Virus record (IMG/VR): IMGVR_UViG_3300030106_000472
Location: 1-63,411 of that record
Source of the DNA: a virus
Lineage: Duplodnaviria > Caudoviricetes
DNA: 63,411 bases
Strand: one strand, 5' to 3'
Positions 36,336 to 45,973 of this stretch are shown here, piece after piece. Below the pieces are notes generated by a model that saw nothing but the letters and a program-made list of their open reading frames with translations, was not told where the DNA came from and searched no databases. Made by a program: the position numbers and the translations under genes. Position 1 is the first letter of the stretch. The number at the start of each line of letters is the position of its first letter.

Positions 36336-38001
36336 CGTACATTCCTCCTAGTCCAGGAAGGTTCGTGAAAGGATATTGGAATGATGGAGGTTGTTGAATA
36401 CTTGCTATACCTCCGCCCATTCCACCGACTGGACCGTATTGACTTAAAGTATTTGGTGAACCGCCCGCATAACCAAAACCACCTGCCATAGGTCCAAGAG
36501 AAGCTGTAAGTGCTCCAACGTTTTGTAATGTTTGCATAGGTAAGTTGTATTGACCAACAAAGTTTTGGTAATTTAAGTCCATTAACGACTGTTGTCTACC
36601 TCTACCTAATCCGCCCATACCCATCATTGATTGAATATCTTGTTGTTGTAGTTGTGGTAATAAACTAGCCATACCGCCGTATTGACCACCGAAACCACTT
36701 AACGCACCTGCTGTTTGTTGACCTAGTCCTGCTAATCCTTGACCGCCTTGTAAACCCATACCAAATTGCTGTTGTCCTAAAGAACCTAATTGTGCTCCAC
36801 GTTGCATTTGGTTAGTAAATTGTTGTTGGTCTAATGTATTTAAAGCTTGACCCCTAGCTAGTGCGTTATCAACTGCTGCTTGTTCCGAAGCATTTAATGC
36901 TTGACCTGTTGCTAATTTAGCTTGTGCTTGTTGTGCTTCTAAACTACCGAGTTGTGCTGCTCTGCTTAATGCGTTTTGAGCTTCTGTTGTAGAAAGGTCT
37001 CCGAATTGTCTTCCTCTGGCTAGTGCTGCAGAACCTTCTTGTCCTGCGAAGCCTCCTTCTTGTCCTGCTAACCCTGCTTGTAACCCAGCAAAACCTGCTT
37101 GTCTAGCTTGTTGTGATTCAAATGCTTGTTGTGCTCTATTAGCTGCGTCTTGATAACCTCCACTACGAATAGCTCCTATTTGTTCTGCTGCTCCTCTTCC
37201 TATGTCTGCTGCTAATTCTTCACGTCTCATTCTTGATCTAGCACCACCAAAAGCACCACCACTAACAGCTTCATCTCTAAGCCCCATGTCGCTTTTAGCT
37301 AAACCTTCTCTAACATCTTTTAATGTTTGTTGTACTACATCTTCTTCAAACGGATTATAAAAACTTCCTATTCCTCTAGGATCAAAACGACCTGTAGAAC
37401 CATAACCTGCTTGTTCTGCTCTACTTAATCCTCTCCTTGCTCCTCTAAAATCTGGTCGTGCTGAAGCTGTTTCTAATCTAGCTAAGTCTAAATTAGGTGC
37501 TCCTGCTCTTGTTAACTGTTGAGCTTCCCCAAAAGAAGGAACTCCTCCTCTAAGGTAATCTCTGCCTGATTGACCAAATCTAGCACCTTCTATAAGTCCT
37601 CTACCTGATTGATCAAATCTTGCGTCTTGTGTAATCCCTGCTCCTAATGCAGATAATCCTCTACCCGCACCAAGTCCTCTAGATATTTCGTCTTGACCTC
37701 TCATGAGAGAGCCTCTAGAAATACCTGCTGCTTCGTCTAATAAACCTGCTTGTGCTCCTAAATACGGTCTATAACTACCAATCGCTTGATCTGCAAGTTG
37801 CATACCATAAAGTTCTCTAGGGTCGAAACCCGCTACCCTTTGTCCTGTATACGTAAACGGACTAGAATCCGCTTCACCCAGTTGACTAAATTGTTGTCTT
37901 AAAAACTGTTGTGCGTACGGGAATATATCCTGTTGTAAAAATTGCCCTATATACGGGGCGGGGGCTTGACTGGAATATTCTTGTTCTTCTCTACTAGCCA
38001 T
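36328..38001 (-). CDS. Gln/Gly/Ala-rich DNA pilot/ejection-type protein
   Basis: NPF...V.Q, GAFGG.R, Q/G/A helical repeats; ATG at 38001 preferred. Confidence 0.75.
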   Translation of the reverse strand: MASREEQEYSSQAPAPYIGQFLQQDIFPYAQQFLRQQFSQLGEADSSPFTYTGQRVAGFDPRELYGMQLADQAIGSYRPYLGAQAGLLDEAAGISRGSLMRGQDEISRGLGAGRGLSALGAGITQDARFDQSGRGLIEGARFGQSGRDYLRGGVPSFGEAQQLTRAGAPNLDLARLETASARPDFRGARRGLSRAEQAGYGSTGRFDPRGIGSFYNPFEEDVVQQTLKDVREGLAKSDMGLRDEAVSGGAFGGARSRMRREELAADIGRGAAEQIGAIRSGGYQDAANRAQQAFESQQARQAGFAGLQAGLAGQEGGFAGQEGSAALARGRQFGDLSTTEAQNALSRAAQLGSLEAQQAQAKLATGQALNASEQAAVDNALARGQALNTLDQQQFTNQMQRGAQLGSLGQQQFGMGLQGGQGLAGLGQQTAGALSGFGGQYGGMASLLPQLQQQDIQSMMGMGGLGRGRQQSLMDLNYQNFVGQYNLPMQTLQNVGALTASLGPMAGGFGYAGGSPNTLSQYGPVGGMGGGIASIQQPPSFQYPFTNLPGLGGMYGG

Positions 38002-38974
38002 ATCTCTTATTACCTGCTTTATTAAATGCATCTAATCTAGCAATACCCATAGCATGACTACCGTCGCCTGCTGCATCGACTGCCGCTTTCGATAACATAT
38101 ATTCTCCGTTACTCGCCATAACAGGAATTAAATCATCTTTAGGACCTCCTGGACCGTGCATAGCACCACCATGAGGCATGAACATAGGTCTTTGTAATAC
38201 TTTACCTTCGTTAGCAAAAGTAACAGTTGAACCACCTATAGGATTCATTTTTAATTTTGATCTTCTTCTAGCTGCGTTTCCAGGAAGTGTTTCAGTTCTA
38301 ACTAAACTTCCTCTAGGTTTATCTTTCCCGCCTAATAATCTTTGGAATATTGCTGTTCCTATGTCTCCTAATCCTTTATACATCGCAGCAGAAACCATAG
38401 GGTCTTGACCCTCTATAAATTGTTCCATTTTTTCCAATCTACTTAATTCCATTTCAGGAAGTTCTGGAGGAGTTATTTCAGGACTCAAATCCGCAAACAT
38501 CTGTTCTTCCATTAAGTCTTCAGGATCAGGCATTTCTATTTCAGAAAAATTTACATCTAAAACACCTGTTGTCATTTCAGGAGGGTCTTCAGGAATTAAA
38601 CCTTCTTGTTTTAATAATTCTATAATACCTAAATTACCGCCGTTAGCTCTGTTTAGATAACCACCTACAGCCATACCTGCAAGACCGTATTGATCTAAAT
38701 CAGCTACGTCTACACCCGCTTCTTGTAATTGTCGTAATATAAGTTCTTGTTGACCGTCATCAGGTTTGGCTAAATTTTCGAATTGAAAATCTCCAAACTC
38801 TTGTACTTCACTACCTGCAACAGGAGCTATTTCCATGTCAGGTCCAGGACTTAATGAGGGTGAAGTACCACTGCCGATTTGTGCGGGCATATCAGGATCG
38901 CCAGCAATTTTACTACTTATAACATTAGTTGCAACGCCTACCGCTGTTAATGTTGCTATTACTCCTAAACTCAT
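37994..38974 (-). CDS. putative internal virion protein
   Basis: C-terminal GPGGPKDDLIPVMASNGEYML motif; several xxGG motifs. Confidence 0.75.
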   Translation of the reverse strand: MSLGVIATLTAVGVATNVISSKIAGDPDMPAQIGSGTSPSLSPGPDMEIAPVAGSEVQEFGDFQFENLAKPDDGQQELILRQLQEAGVDVADLDQYGLAGMAVGGYLNRANGGNLGIIELLKQEGLIPEDPPEMTTGVLDVNFSEIEMPDPEDLMEEQMFADLSPEITPPELPEMELSRLEKMEQFIEGQDPMVSAAMYKGLGDIGTAIFQRLLGGKDKPRGSLVRTETLPGNAARRRSKLKMNPIGGSTVTFANEGKVLQRPMFMPHGGAMHGPGGPKDDLIPVMASNGEYMLSKAAVDAAGDGSHAMGIARLDAFNKAGNKRYG

Positions 38975-39519
38975 GTTAAATCCTCTATAATTTTATCTAT
39001 TTGTTTTACATCGAAACCTTTTAATTTTAGTTTAGAAAAATCATCAACGGTTATTTCGTTTACAACGTCATCAATATTTAAACAATCTGTTCTATGTACT
39101 GTTATAAAAGTACATTCTTCATGTATATATAAAACTCTTTTTGTACCTGCTTCAGTTATTCCATGAAAAGGTGCTTTTATACGCTCTACACCTTTATCAC
39201 TATAAATAGATGCTTCGCCTTTCATAATAAAGAAAGGATGGTTTTTAGAATGTATTTTAGTTGAAACTAGTAAATTTTTAGGCATAACTATTTGTCTTAT
39301 ATACTGACCATCTGCAAAGTTATGCGTAACAGCTCCTTCGGTTTGACCTGTTATTTGATTACTTAGTTCTTGGTTGTTGTTTTCTTCACAGTGTTTAGTA
39401 ATTGCTGCTTCAAACTTTTTTATTTTGTTTTGAAATTTTATTTTGTTTTCTTTATAATCGAAAAACTCGCAAGCTTCCTGATACGATAGTTCAGGATTTT
39501 TAACTAATGCTTTACTCAC
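38971..39519 (-). CDS. cupin-like conserved phage protein
   Basis: H.FADG.Y.R...MP....KIH..HP.F...G, GTKR..Y.HE...F.TVH. Confidence 0.7.
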   Translation of the reverse strand: MSKALVKNPELSYQEACEFFDYKENKIKFQNKIKKFEAAITKHCEENNNQELSNQITGQTEGAVTHNFADGQYIRQIVMPKNLLVSTKIHSKNHPFFIMKGEASIYSDKGVERIKAPFHGITEAGTKRVLYIHEECTFITVHRTDCLNIDDVVNEITVDDFSKLKLKGFDVKQIDKIIEDLT

Positions 39520-39626
39520 TAGAAGCGGCTCCTAGTTTTTTGTTTCTTTCCTTTAGACGTGTAAATATAGAAGTCAGAACGACTCCCTTTTTTCTTTAGA
39601 TATGTCTTTTTATCTACTCCAGTCAT
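39519..39626 (-). CDS. small basic ORF, 35 aa (absent from ORF track)
   Basis: GGAG SD, MTGVDKKTYLKKKGSRSDFYIYTSKGKKQKTRSRF; stop overlaps the next GTG. Confidence 0.5.
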   Translation of the reverse strand: MTGVDKKTYLKKKGSRSDFYIYTSKGKKQKTRSRF

Positions 39627-39711
39627 TGGTTCTCCAGCGTGTTTACACGTATTTGCGAGTTAAAGCTCACCCCGTAAGCTGCAGCACAATAGCTGATATA
39701 TTGATTATATA

Positions 39712-41445
39712 TCAAAAAGTGTATATTTTTAAAGGTTTTTCTTTACCTTTTACTTTTATTGGTTTTAACGGTCTTAGTGTTATACCACAGTAAAGCTCTG
39801 TTTCTTTCCCTATTAGTATGTTTACACCTGCTTCTTTAGTTGCTGATTCTAGTCTAGCAGCGGTATTAACAGCATCTCCTATGGCTGAATAATCGAACCT
39901 AGTATCACTACCCATGTTGCCTATAACCGCTTCACCTGTATTTACACCTACACCAATTTCTACACCAATATCAGCGTTTATTATATTTTCTTGTATTTCT
40001 TTTGCACATTTCACAGCTACTTGTTCGTGATGTTTTAAATCCATAGGTGCATTAAATATTGCCATCATAGCATCGCCAATATACTTGTCTACCATTCCTC
40101 CATATTTTTGTACTGCATCAGATTGTATTGTTAATGCTTTATTCATTATCGAAGTTACTTCTTCTGGTGAAAGTGTTTCAGATAAAGCTGTGAATCCTCT
40201 AACGTCTGTGAACAAGAAAGTACACCTTCTTTTTTCACCACCTAATTTCAATAAGCTAGGGTCTTTTTGTAAACGTTTAACTTGTCTAGGGTCAAGATAA
40301 TGTTCAAACTGTTTTTTAATTTGTTGTCTAAGTTTGTATTGTTCTCTAAATCTTAAATAAAAAGCTATAGCTCCTGCGATAAACTGCGAAACTAAAGACC
40401 ACGTAACATCTATCAAAAGACCTGTGGTTATCGTGTAGTAACCGTATACGCCCGTTAAAGCCATCGTAAGTAAAGCTAAGCTTACGCCCCACGTTATCCC
40501 TAAATAGCTTATAAACGCCCATACGAGCACCACAGACACTATAAATATTAAAAGTTCTAAAGCTAATGCGTAATCAGGTATATAAGGACTATCTTGTATA
40601 AGAATGCTTTCTGCAAGTGCTGCTTGTATTTTATGTGGTTCAAGTAAACCAACAGGAGTTGCAACTTGCGGCATTACTCCATTAGCGGTAACGCCTACAA
40701 ATACGAATTTACCGTTTACGTCCATTTCCTGTAAATCTGTTTGTGGTGTATCTACCCAACTAATCCACTTACGACCAAGACTATCTGTTTTAACTGGTGG
40801 TATTCCTCTAACAGCTATTTCTTGTACACCATTTTCATTAGTCGTAATAATATACGTACGGGCTTCTGTTAAACTTTTTAACACATGTGTTCCGAAAGAA
40901 GCAGTCCAACCGTCAGGAGTTCTTAATAAAAGTGGAATACGTCTAACTAACTGGTCTACTTCAGTAGGGGCTATAGCAACTCCTTGTGGTACGTCATCGT
41001 ATAGATAAAAATTTCGTTTTACTCCTGTAGAAGAAAGACCACCAACATCAGGTCCTTTAATTACTGTTCCTGTTGTTTTAGGATAGTTTTGATTACCGTC
41101 TTCAAACGTAGCTATTACACTTGGTGCATAACCTAACGAACTAGCAAATCTTTGGTCTCCGCCCATTCTGTCTGCTTGTGGAAAAGAAATAACCCAACCA
41201 ACACCTATGGCTCCTTTGCCTAATATTTCTAACTGTATATTAGCTAAACGTTCTCTAGGTAATGGATAACCCCCTTCTCTTTCTACATCGTCTTCAGTTA
41301 TATTTAGAATAACAAAATTACCAGACGGTTCTTGTTCTTGTATTAAGGCATCAAACGTTTTTAATTTAAGTATTTCTGTCGGCGTTGTTTGAAATAATAA
41401 AGGTAATACAAGTATTGCTAATATAGGTATTATCAGTTTTTTCAT
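39712..41445 (-). CDS. CHASE2-domain class III adenylate cyclase
   Basis: N-terminal TM, extracytoplasmic CHASE2-like domain, 3 TMs, LFTDVRGFT, DKYIGDA, DY..IGDAVN.AARLE. Confidence 0.92.
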   Translation of the reverse strand: MKKLIIPILAILVLPLLFQTTPTEILKLKTFDALIQEQEPSGNFVILNITEDDVEREGGYPLPRERLANIQLEILGKGAIGVGWVISFPQADRMGGDQRFASSLGYAPSVIATFEDGNQNYPKTTGTVIKGPDVGGLSSTGVKRNFYLYDDVPQGVAIAPTEVDQLVRRIPLLLRTPDGWTASFGTHVLKSLTEARTYIITTNENGVQEIAVRGIPPVKTDSLGRKWISWVDTPQTDLQEMDVNGKFVFVGVTANGVMPQVATPVGLLEPHKIQAALAESILIQDSPYIPDYALALELLIFIVSVVLVWAFISYLGITWGVSLALLTMALTGVYGYYTITTGLLIDVTWSLVSQFIAGAIAFYLRFREQYKLRQQIKKQFEHYLDPRQVKRLQKDPSLLKLGGEKRRCTFLFTDVRGFTALSETLSPEEVTSIMNKALTIQSDAVQKYGGMVDKYIGDAMMAIFNAPMDLKHHEQVAVKCAKEIQENIINADIGVEIGVGVNTGEAVIGNMGSDTRFDYSAIGDAVNTAARLESATKEAGVNILIGKETELYCGITLRPLKPIKVKGKEKPLKIYTF

Positions 41446-42563
41446 TAATCACTTTGAGTAATAGTAATTACGCTATCACTTCCTCCATTAACTTTAATTA
41501 TATTAGATACCCCGTCCTGTATCAAAATAACCGTATAAGCATTACCACCATCTAAATCAACTCGTACACTTTCATTTACTTGTCTTCGTAAGCTAATAAC
41601 ATTGCCTGTTATTAAAGTTGTTATCTGTGTATCTGGGTCTTTACCTAAAAGAGTTCCTGATATTTGTGTGCTTGTTGCTTGTGCTAATTGATCTTCTTCT
41701 TCTGCTACAGCTAATGCATCTAATACATTTAATAAATCTTCTAAATAATTTACGTCAAGATAATTTATATCTAGTTCAGTAAATTCTAAATTATCTTCTT
41801 TTAAAAAATCTTCTGCAAGATAGTCTATGTCTAAGTCGTTAAAATCTAATACGCTATCTGTTTGTGCTGTAGTAGTTTCTTCTTCAATACTTTGTTCTTC
41901 TTTGGGAGGAGTGACGATGAGCATATTATCTATTACATCTAACGTTAAATCCAGGATAACAGGTTTAGTAGGAGCAGATTCAAATACACTTACTGTAGTT
42001 GCTTCATACGGTTTGTTTAATATAACGGTTCCCATAGCAGTAACTACTTCTATTTCTCCACTAGATAAACCTAAAGGGTCTGGAAGTAAAATAATAAGTG
42101 AACGTCCTAGTTCGTCAACAGTCGCTGTGAAATCTGTTCCACGAATTGCTATGTTTGCCGTAGGTGTTTTAAGTGTGATGTTTTGTTTATCTATACGGTT
42201 TAGATTACCTGTAATAAACCTTGCTGTGCCAAGACCAAACGTAAGAGCCATTTTTGCTTTACTAGGATCAGGGTCATAGATGTATTCATCTATAAGAAGT
42301 TGAGAGTGTTCGGTAAGTTTTACTGTAGAATTATCAAGAAATGTAATAGCCATACGACCATTTGTTGTTATGGCTTCATCGTTGCTTTGAATAGCAAACT
42401 TTAAATTAGCTTCGTATGGTTTGTCTCTTAGTATTTGTGCTGAACCGTTTAATTCAGATATGCCACCAATATCAGCATCCGAGACTTGTGCCTTGATCGT
42501 TTTGAACGACACACACAGAAGAAGCAGCATTACCACCGACGGATATAATTTTAAGCCAGTCAT
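41445..42563 (-). CDS. FecR-domain protein
   Basis: Signal peptide, I.F.D.S.V.L..S.L, G.ARF, TPTA.I.IRGTDF. Confidence 0.85.
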   Translation of the reverse strand: MTGLKLYPSVVMLLLLCVSFKTIKAQVSDADIGGISELNGSAQILRDKPYEANLKFAIQSNDEAITTNGRMAITFLDNSTVKLTEHSQLLIDEYIYDPDPSKAKMALTFGLGTARFITGNLNRIDKQNITLKTPTANIAIRGTDFTATVDELGRSLIILLPDPLGLSSGEIEVVTAMGTVILNKPYEATTVSVFESAPTKPVILDLTLDVIDNMLIVTPPKEEQSIEEETTTAQTDSVLDFNDLDIDYLAEDFLKEDNLEFTELDINYLDVNYLEDLLNVLDALAVAEEEDQLAQATSTQISGTLLGKDPDTQITTLITGNVISLRRQVNESVRVDLDGGNAYTVILIQDGVSNIIKVNGGSDSVITITQSD

Positions 42564-43203
42564 TATCTTGGGTACTCAGTTGTTGGATATTAAATGTTCT
42601 TTGTCCGCCTGTATGATCTAGGTAAAAATATCCACCTGCTGAAGCATTTACACCTGTTCCTAAATAAGTAACTGTGTTATCACTACCGTCAATATCCATA
42701 AAGTTAGTAGCCCCATCAATATTTATTGTTGATGTGACCGTGTTATTAGATCCTTGTATTATCCAGTCTAAATCTAAAGATGCTGCTAACGCTGTCGTTC
42801 CTTGATTTAAAGTGAACGTATTGCTACTGCCTGTAACAGCAACATTGTGGTTAGAGCTATTAGCCCCATAAGTATTCGTTGGGTCTACTTGTATAGTGAA
42901 ATTATTAGTTGAGCCTGTAAAGTTGTAAGCTCCTGTAAAACTATTAGCTGTTATATCTCCAAGAAATTTATTAGTTGCACCAATCATATTGATGTCTAAT
43001 GTCATTCCTGTTCCATCTAAATCGAAAGGATTCAAGCTGCCTGATGTTGAATTAAGACCACCAATAATATTAGAAATACCTAGTTGCTCTAGGTCTATAT
43101 TGGCACCAGTTCCTGACTGATCTACATATATCTCATTATCAGCCGCAAATAACGGAAATAAAGTAAGACATAACAAAAGTTGTATGCACTTCTTCATCAT
43201 CAT
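42472..43203 (-). CDS. curlin-like secreted beta-solenoid protein
   Basis: Signal peptide, DNEIY.DQ.G, repeated I.G..N strands rich in N/G/T/S; follows csgG. Confidence 0.7.
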   Translation of the reverse strand: MMMKKCIQLLLCLTLFPLFAADNEIYVDQSGTGANIDLEQLGISNIIGGLNSTSGSLNPFDLDGTGMTLDINMIGATNKFLGDITANSFTGAYNFTGSTNNFTIQVDPTNTYGANSSNHNVAVTGSSNTFTLNQGTTALAASLDLDWIIQGSNNTVTSTINIDGATNFMDIDGSDNTVTYLGTGVNASAGGYFYLDHTGGQRTFNIQQLSTQDNDWLKIISVGGNAASSVCVVQNDQGTSLGC

Positions 43204-43207
43204 AATT

Positions 43208-44044
43208 TCATTCTACCTTTTTTTCCTCGTTTTGTAAAACCCAATAACCTCTTTCATAACCTTGTTTAATTATTTCTAACACACCACCCTCAATAGCTTT
43301 CATTAAAGCTATGGTAGATGACTCGTTTCTTGCGTTACCCATTTCTATTTCTACTAGTTCAGTACCTGCTTCAATAAATCTAAATACGTCATTAGATTTG
43401 CCATAACTAAAAATAGTTTTCTGGCTTAATACTTCTAACAATACTTCTCCTGTAGCTACAGAAACCATTCTAAGACTAACTGTAATATTATCTTCCCTAT
43501 ATTGAACGCTAGTACCAATACCTAAATATCTTGCACCAGAACCCCCAGATTCTAAATTAGATTCATAAGATATAACAGCACCTTCTATTAAAATACCTGC
43601 GAATAATAACGGTGCTAATTGTTTTTTCTTTTCTTCTTCGCTTGCAAACTGTTCCCTTGCTGAACGTATTAATTGTCTTTCTTTAGTTAGGTTATCTAAA
43701 CCAACTCTTTCAACAACTCTAAAAAACTGACCATTACCTGCGTGTTTTAAAGCTCGGATAAGAAGTGCGTTTGGTTGTTGGGTTATTGCGGTACTAAACA
43801 AAGCAAACTCACTGTTACTTTTACGTTGCCCTGTTTGATCAGTAAATGCCGTAGGATATACAGCAACAACAGGACTGACTTTAGGAACTTCTACATCACG
43901 TAAATAAGGAGATTGTAGTTCTTGTATAGAAACTACATTATGTGCTTGAAACCTATGTTCGTACGTATCTTCAAGTTGATCAAAAGTAGAACAACTAGAA
44001 AGTAAAAGTACCGATAGGAATAACGATCGTTGTAATTGTACCAT
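43208..44044 (-). CDS. csgG: curli secretion channel CsgG
   Basis: Lipobox LLSSC, AVY..F.DQTGQRK...STA.TQ, F.VVER.GL.NL..ERQ.IR, GG.GARY.GIG...QYR.D.V.LR.VSV.TGE.L. Confidence 0.92.
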   Translation of the reverse strand: MVQLQRSLFLSVLLLSSCSTFDQLEDTYEHRFQAHNVVSIQELQSPYLRDVEVPKVSPVVAVYPTAFTDQTGQRKSNSEFALFSTAITQQPNALLIRALKHAGNGQFFRVVERVGLDNLTKERQLIRSAREQFASEEEKKKQLAPLLFAGILIEGAVISYESNLESGGSGARYLGIGTSVQYREDNITVSLRMVSVATGEVLLEVLSQKTIFSYGKSNDVFRFIEAGTELVEIEMGNARNESSTIALMKAIEGGVLEIIKQGYERGYWVLQNEEKKVE

Positions 44045-44528
44045 CTGACTCAGTTATAGTTAGGGTTAATGTTGTGCCATCGCTTGTATATTCAATGGTG
44101 TTGCCCTCCAAGGTTATTGTACCTGAATTTTGAGGTGTTTCCCCAAACAGGTTTGCCACTAACTGTCTAGATAACTCAGCATACACTCTTGATTCAAGAT
44201 TACGCATAAATCTTGCAAGAGTAGAATTTTCTTTTTCTCTTTTAATTTCGTCTTGTAACGCTTTTATTTCTTCTTTGAGTGTAAGTTTACGACTAAATTC
44301 TTGATTCTCTATCGTTAGGTAATGTGATGATGTACCAACTCCGTTAAAACTAGGTGATTTAAATTTATGTACTATTTGGTCAGACCAAACATTTTGAACA
44401 AATATAGCTCCTAATAAAACTACACCAATAACACCGACTATACGAGCAATTAAAACTTTTTCAGCTTCTTGTTTTCTTTGTTTTAGTTCCGCGTTGCTTG
44501 GTCGTCCTCTTTTCTTTTTTATTGTCAT
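43995..44528 (-). CDS. csgF: curli assembly component CsgF-like
   Basis: After a TM/signal segment, HKFKSPSF.G; F...LESR....LS.Q.V..LFG; directly upstream of csgG. Confidence 0.8.
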   Translation of the reverse strand: MTIKKKRGRPSNAELKQRKQEAEKVLIARIVGVIGVVLLGAIFVQNVWSDQIVHKFKSPSFNGVGTSSHYLTIENQEFSRKLTLKEEIKALQDEIKREKENSTLARFMRNLESRVYAELSRQLVANLFGETPQNSGTITLEGNTIEYTSDGTTLTLTITESDGTITTIVIPIGTFTF

Positions 44529-44766
44529 TCAATACCTCCTGCTCTTTTAGCTGTAATACTGTATTGACTTTTTGTTGTAATCGTATCATGTCTTGGTCTA
44601 ATAAACGAAGTTGATCTGTTAATCTTATAATTGTGCCTTTCATTTCTTGCACTGCTGGGTCTATTGTATTCGTTATCGTTTGCCATACATAATAAACGAA
44701 GTAACCCAGTCCTACCACCATCACTACAGGAAAACCAAAATCTGCTATTAATTGAGCTACATCCAT
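44461..44766 (-). CDS. small membrane protein (TM plus coiled coil)
   Basis: IADFGFPV...GYFVYYVW; resembles the upstream ORF. Confidence 0.75.
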   Translation of the reverse strand: MDVAQLIADFGFPVVMVVGLGYFVYYVWQTITNTIDPAVQEMKGTIIRLTDQLRLLDQDMIRLQQKVNTVLQLKEQEVLNDNKKEKRTTKQRGTKTKKTRS

Positions 44767-45062
44767 TAATCCCTTCTAGCATCTATCTTTCCATCTTCTA
44801 CAAAATTTTCTGCTCTTGCTATCCTGTCTAGGTCTGGTGCTATGTTTAATGCACTCGATACGCTTGTATCTATTCTTATCATGTCGTTATTCATAATAGA
44901 CGCTCTGGTAATTAACATTTTAGTAATACCTTGAACTGTTTTTATTTCATCAACTAAACCACCCATAAGTTGTTTCATAATTAAAAATATAAAATACGCC
45001 ATGACTAACGCACCTGCAATAGGAACGCCAACTTCGGCTATTAATGCAAAACCCTGTTCCAT
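44766..45062 (-). CDS. small membrane protein (TM plus coiled coil)
   Basis: IAEVGVPI...AYFIFLIM, NDMIRID, ends DARRD. Confidence 0.75.
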   Translation of the reverse strand: MEQGFALIAEVGVPIAGALVMAYFIFLIMKQLMGGLVDEIKTVQGITKMLITRASIMNNDMIRIDTSVSSALNIAPDLDRIARAENFVEDGKIDARRD

Positions 45063-45223
45063 TCTGTACCTTCTTCGTTATTAATAATAGCGGTTACTAT
45101 ACCAACAACAATAACACCATAAACTACTGCTTCCATTTCAGCTTCTTCAAAAGAATTAGCATAAATATATGGTCCGTCGTATATTTCATCTCCGACCTTA
45201 AATTCAGTAGCAAATACTTTCAC
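45041..45223 (-). CDS. hypothetical protein
   Basis: F.TEF...YDGP.I.A.S.EEAE. Confidence 0.6.
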   Translation of the reverse strand: MKVFATEFKVGDEIYDGPYIYANSFEEAEMEAVVYGVIVVGIVTAIINNEEGTEWNRVLH

Positions 45224-45546
45224 TTGTCTTCTCCTTTAAATTTTTTACTTTGCCCTGATGTTCCTGCATATATTCCAAACACTGCTGCCATAGCTCCTAC
45301 AACGATAGACACAAGACCTGCTTGTTCTAAATTAGGTTCTGGCAGTTCCATAAACCAAATAACTACTTTATACAATAAAACAATATAAACACTAACAAAC
45401 ACTCTAGGAAAAATACGCCAAGCATCTATAGTCTTAGCTAGATGCACCCATTTTATATAAGGATTATCACCATCGTTTTTAGACGTGACATCTATATCAA
45501 GTTCTAGTTTTCTTTTTATTGTTTCATCTATTATTTTTTCTTCCAT
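45220..45546 (-). CDS. two-TM membrane protein, holin candidate
   Basis: D.WRIFPR, WFM.L..P..EQAG.VS..VGA...FG.Y. Confidence 0.6.
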   Translation of the reverse strand: MEEKIIDETIKRKLELDIDVTSKNDGDNPYIKWVHLAKTIDAWRIFPRVFVSVYIVLLYKVVIWFMELPEPNLEQAGLVSIVVGAMAAVFGIYAGTSGQSKKFKGEDK

Positions 45547-45547
45547 A

Positions 45548-45973
45548 CTAATCCTCTACGGGTGTAAATTTCCCTAGTTCTATTAACTTTTCCCTATTGA
45601 TTAAATGCTCTGCTTCTACATCATTTTTAGATTGACCAAAGTAAGCAACAGCTAAATGATTTATTACCATAGTTTCATTAATATTTAATCCATCAACAAT
45701 AACATTACCTAAAACTCTGCCGTATTTACCTCTAGAATCTTTTAATTTAGTTTCTATAACAATTTTAGTTCCCTTATCTACAGCATTCTTTAAGAAAGTC
45801 GCAGCCATTTTTCCTCTAACTTTCTCATCTTTGTCACGAGTACGTGACTCGGGAGTATCAATACCATATAAACGAACACGAGACTTAAACCTAATGTCAA
45901 ACCCAAGATCCAAAACAACGTCAATAGTGTCCCCATCAACAACTCTTTCAACCGTACAACCATATTCATACAT
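45548..45973 (-). CDS. staphylococcal nuclease (SNase)-like protein
   Basis: RVVDGDT.D, RL.GIDTPE, GKYGR.L. Confidence 0.9.
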   Translation of the reverse strand: MYEYGCTVERVVDGDTIDVVLDLGFDIRFKSRVRLYGIDTPESRTRDKDEKVRGKMAATFLKNAVDKGTKIVIETKLKDSRGKYGRVLGNVIVDGLNINETMVINHLAVAYFGQSKNDVEAEHLINREKLIELGKFTPVED

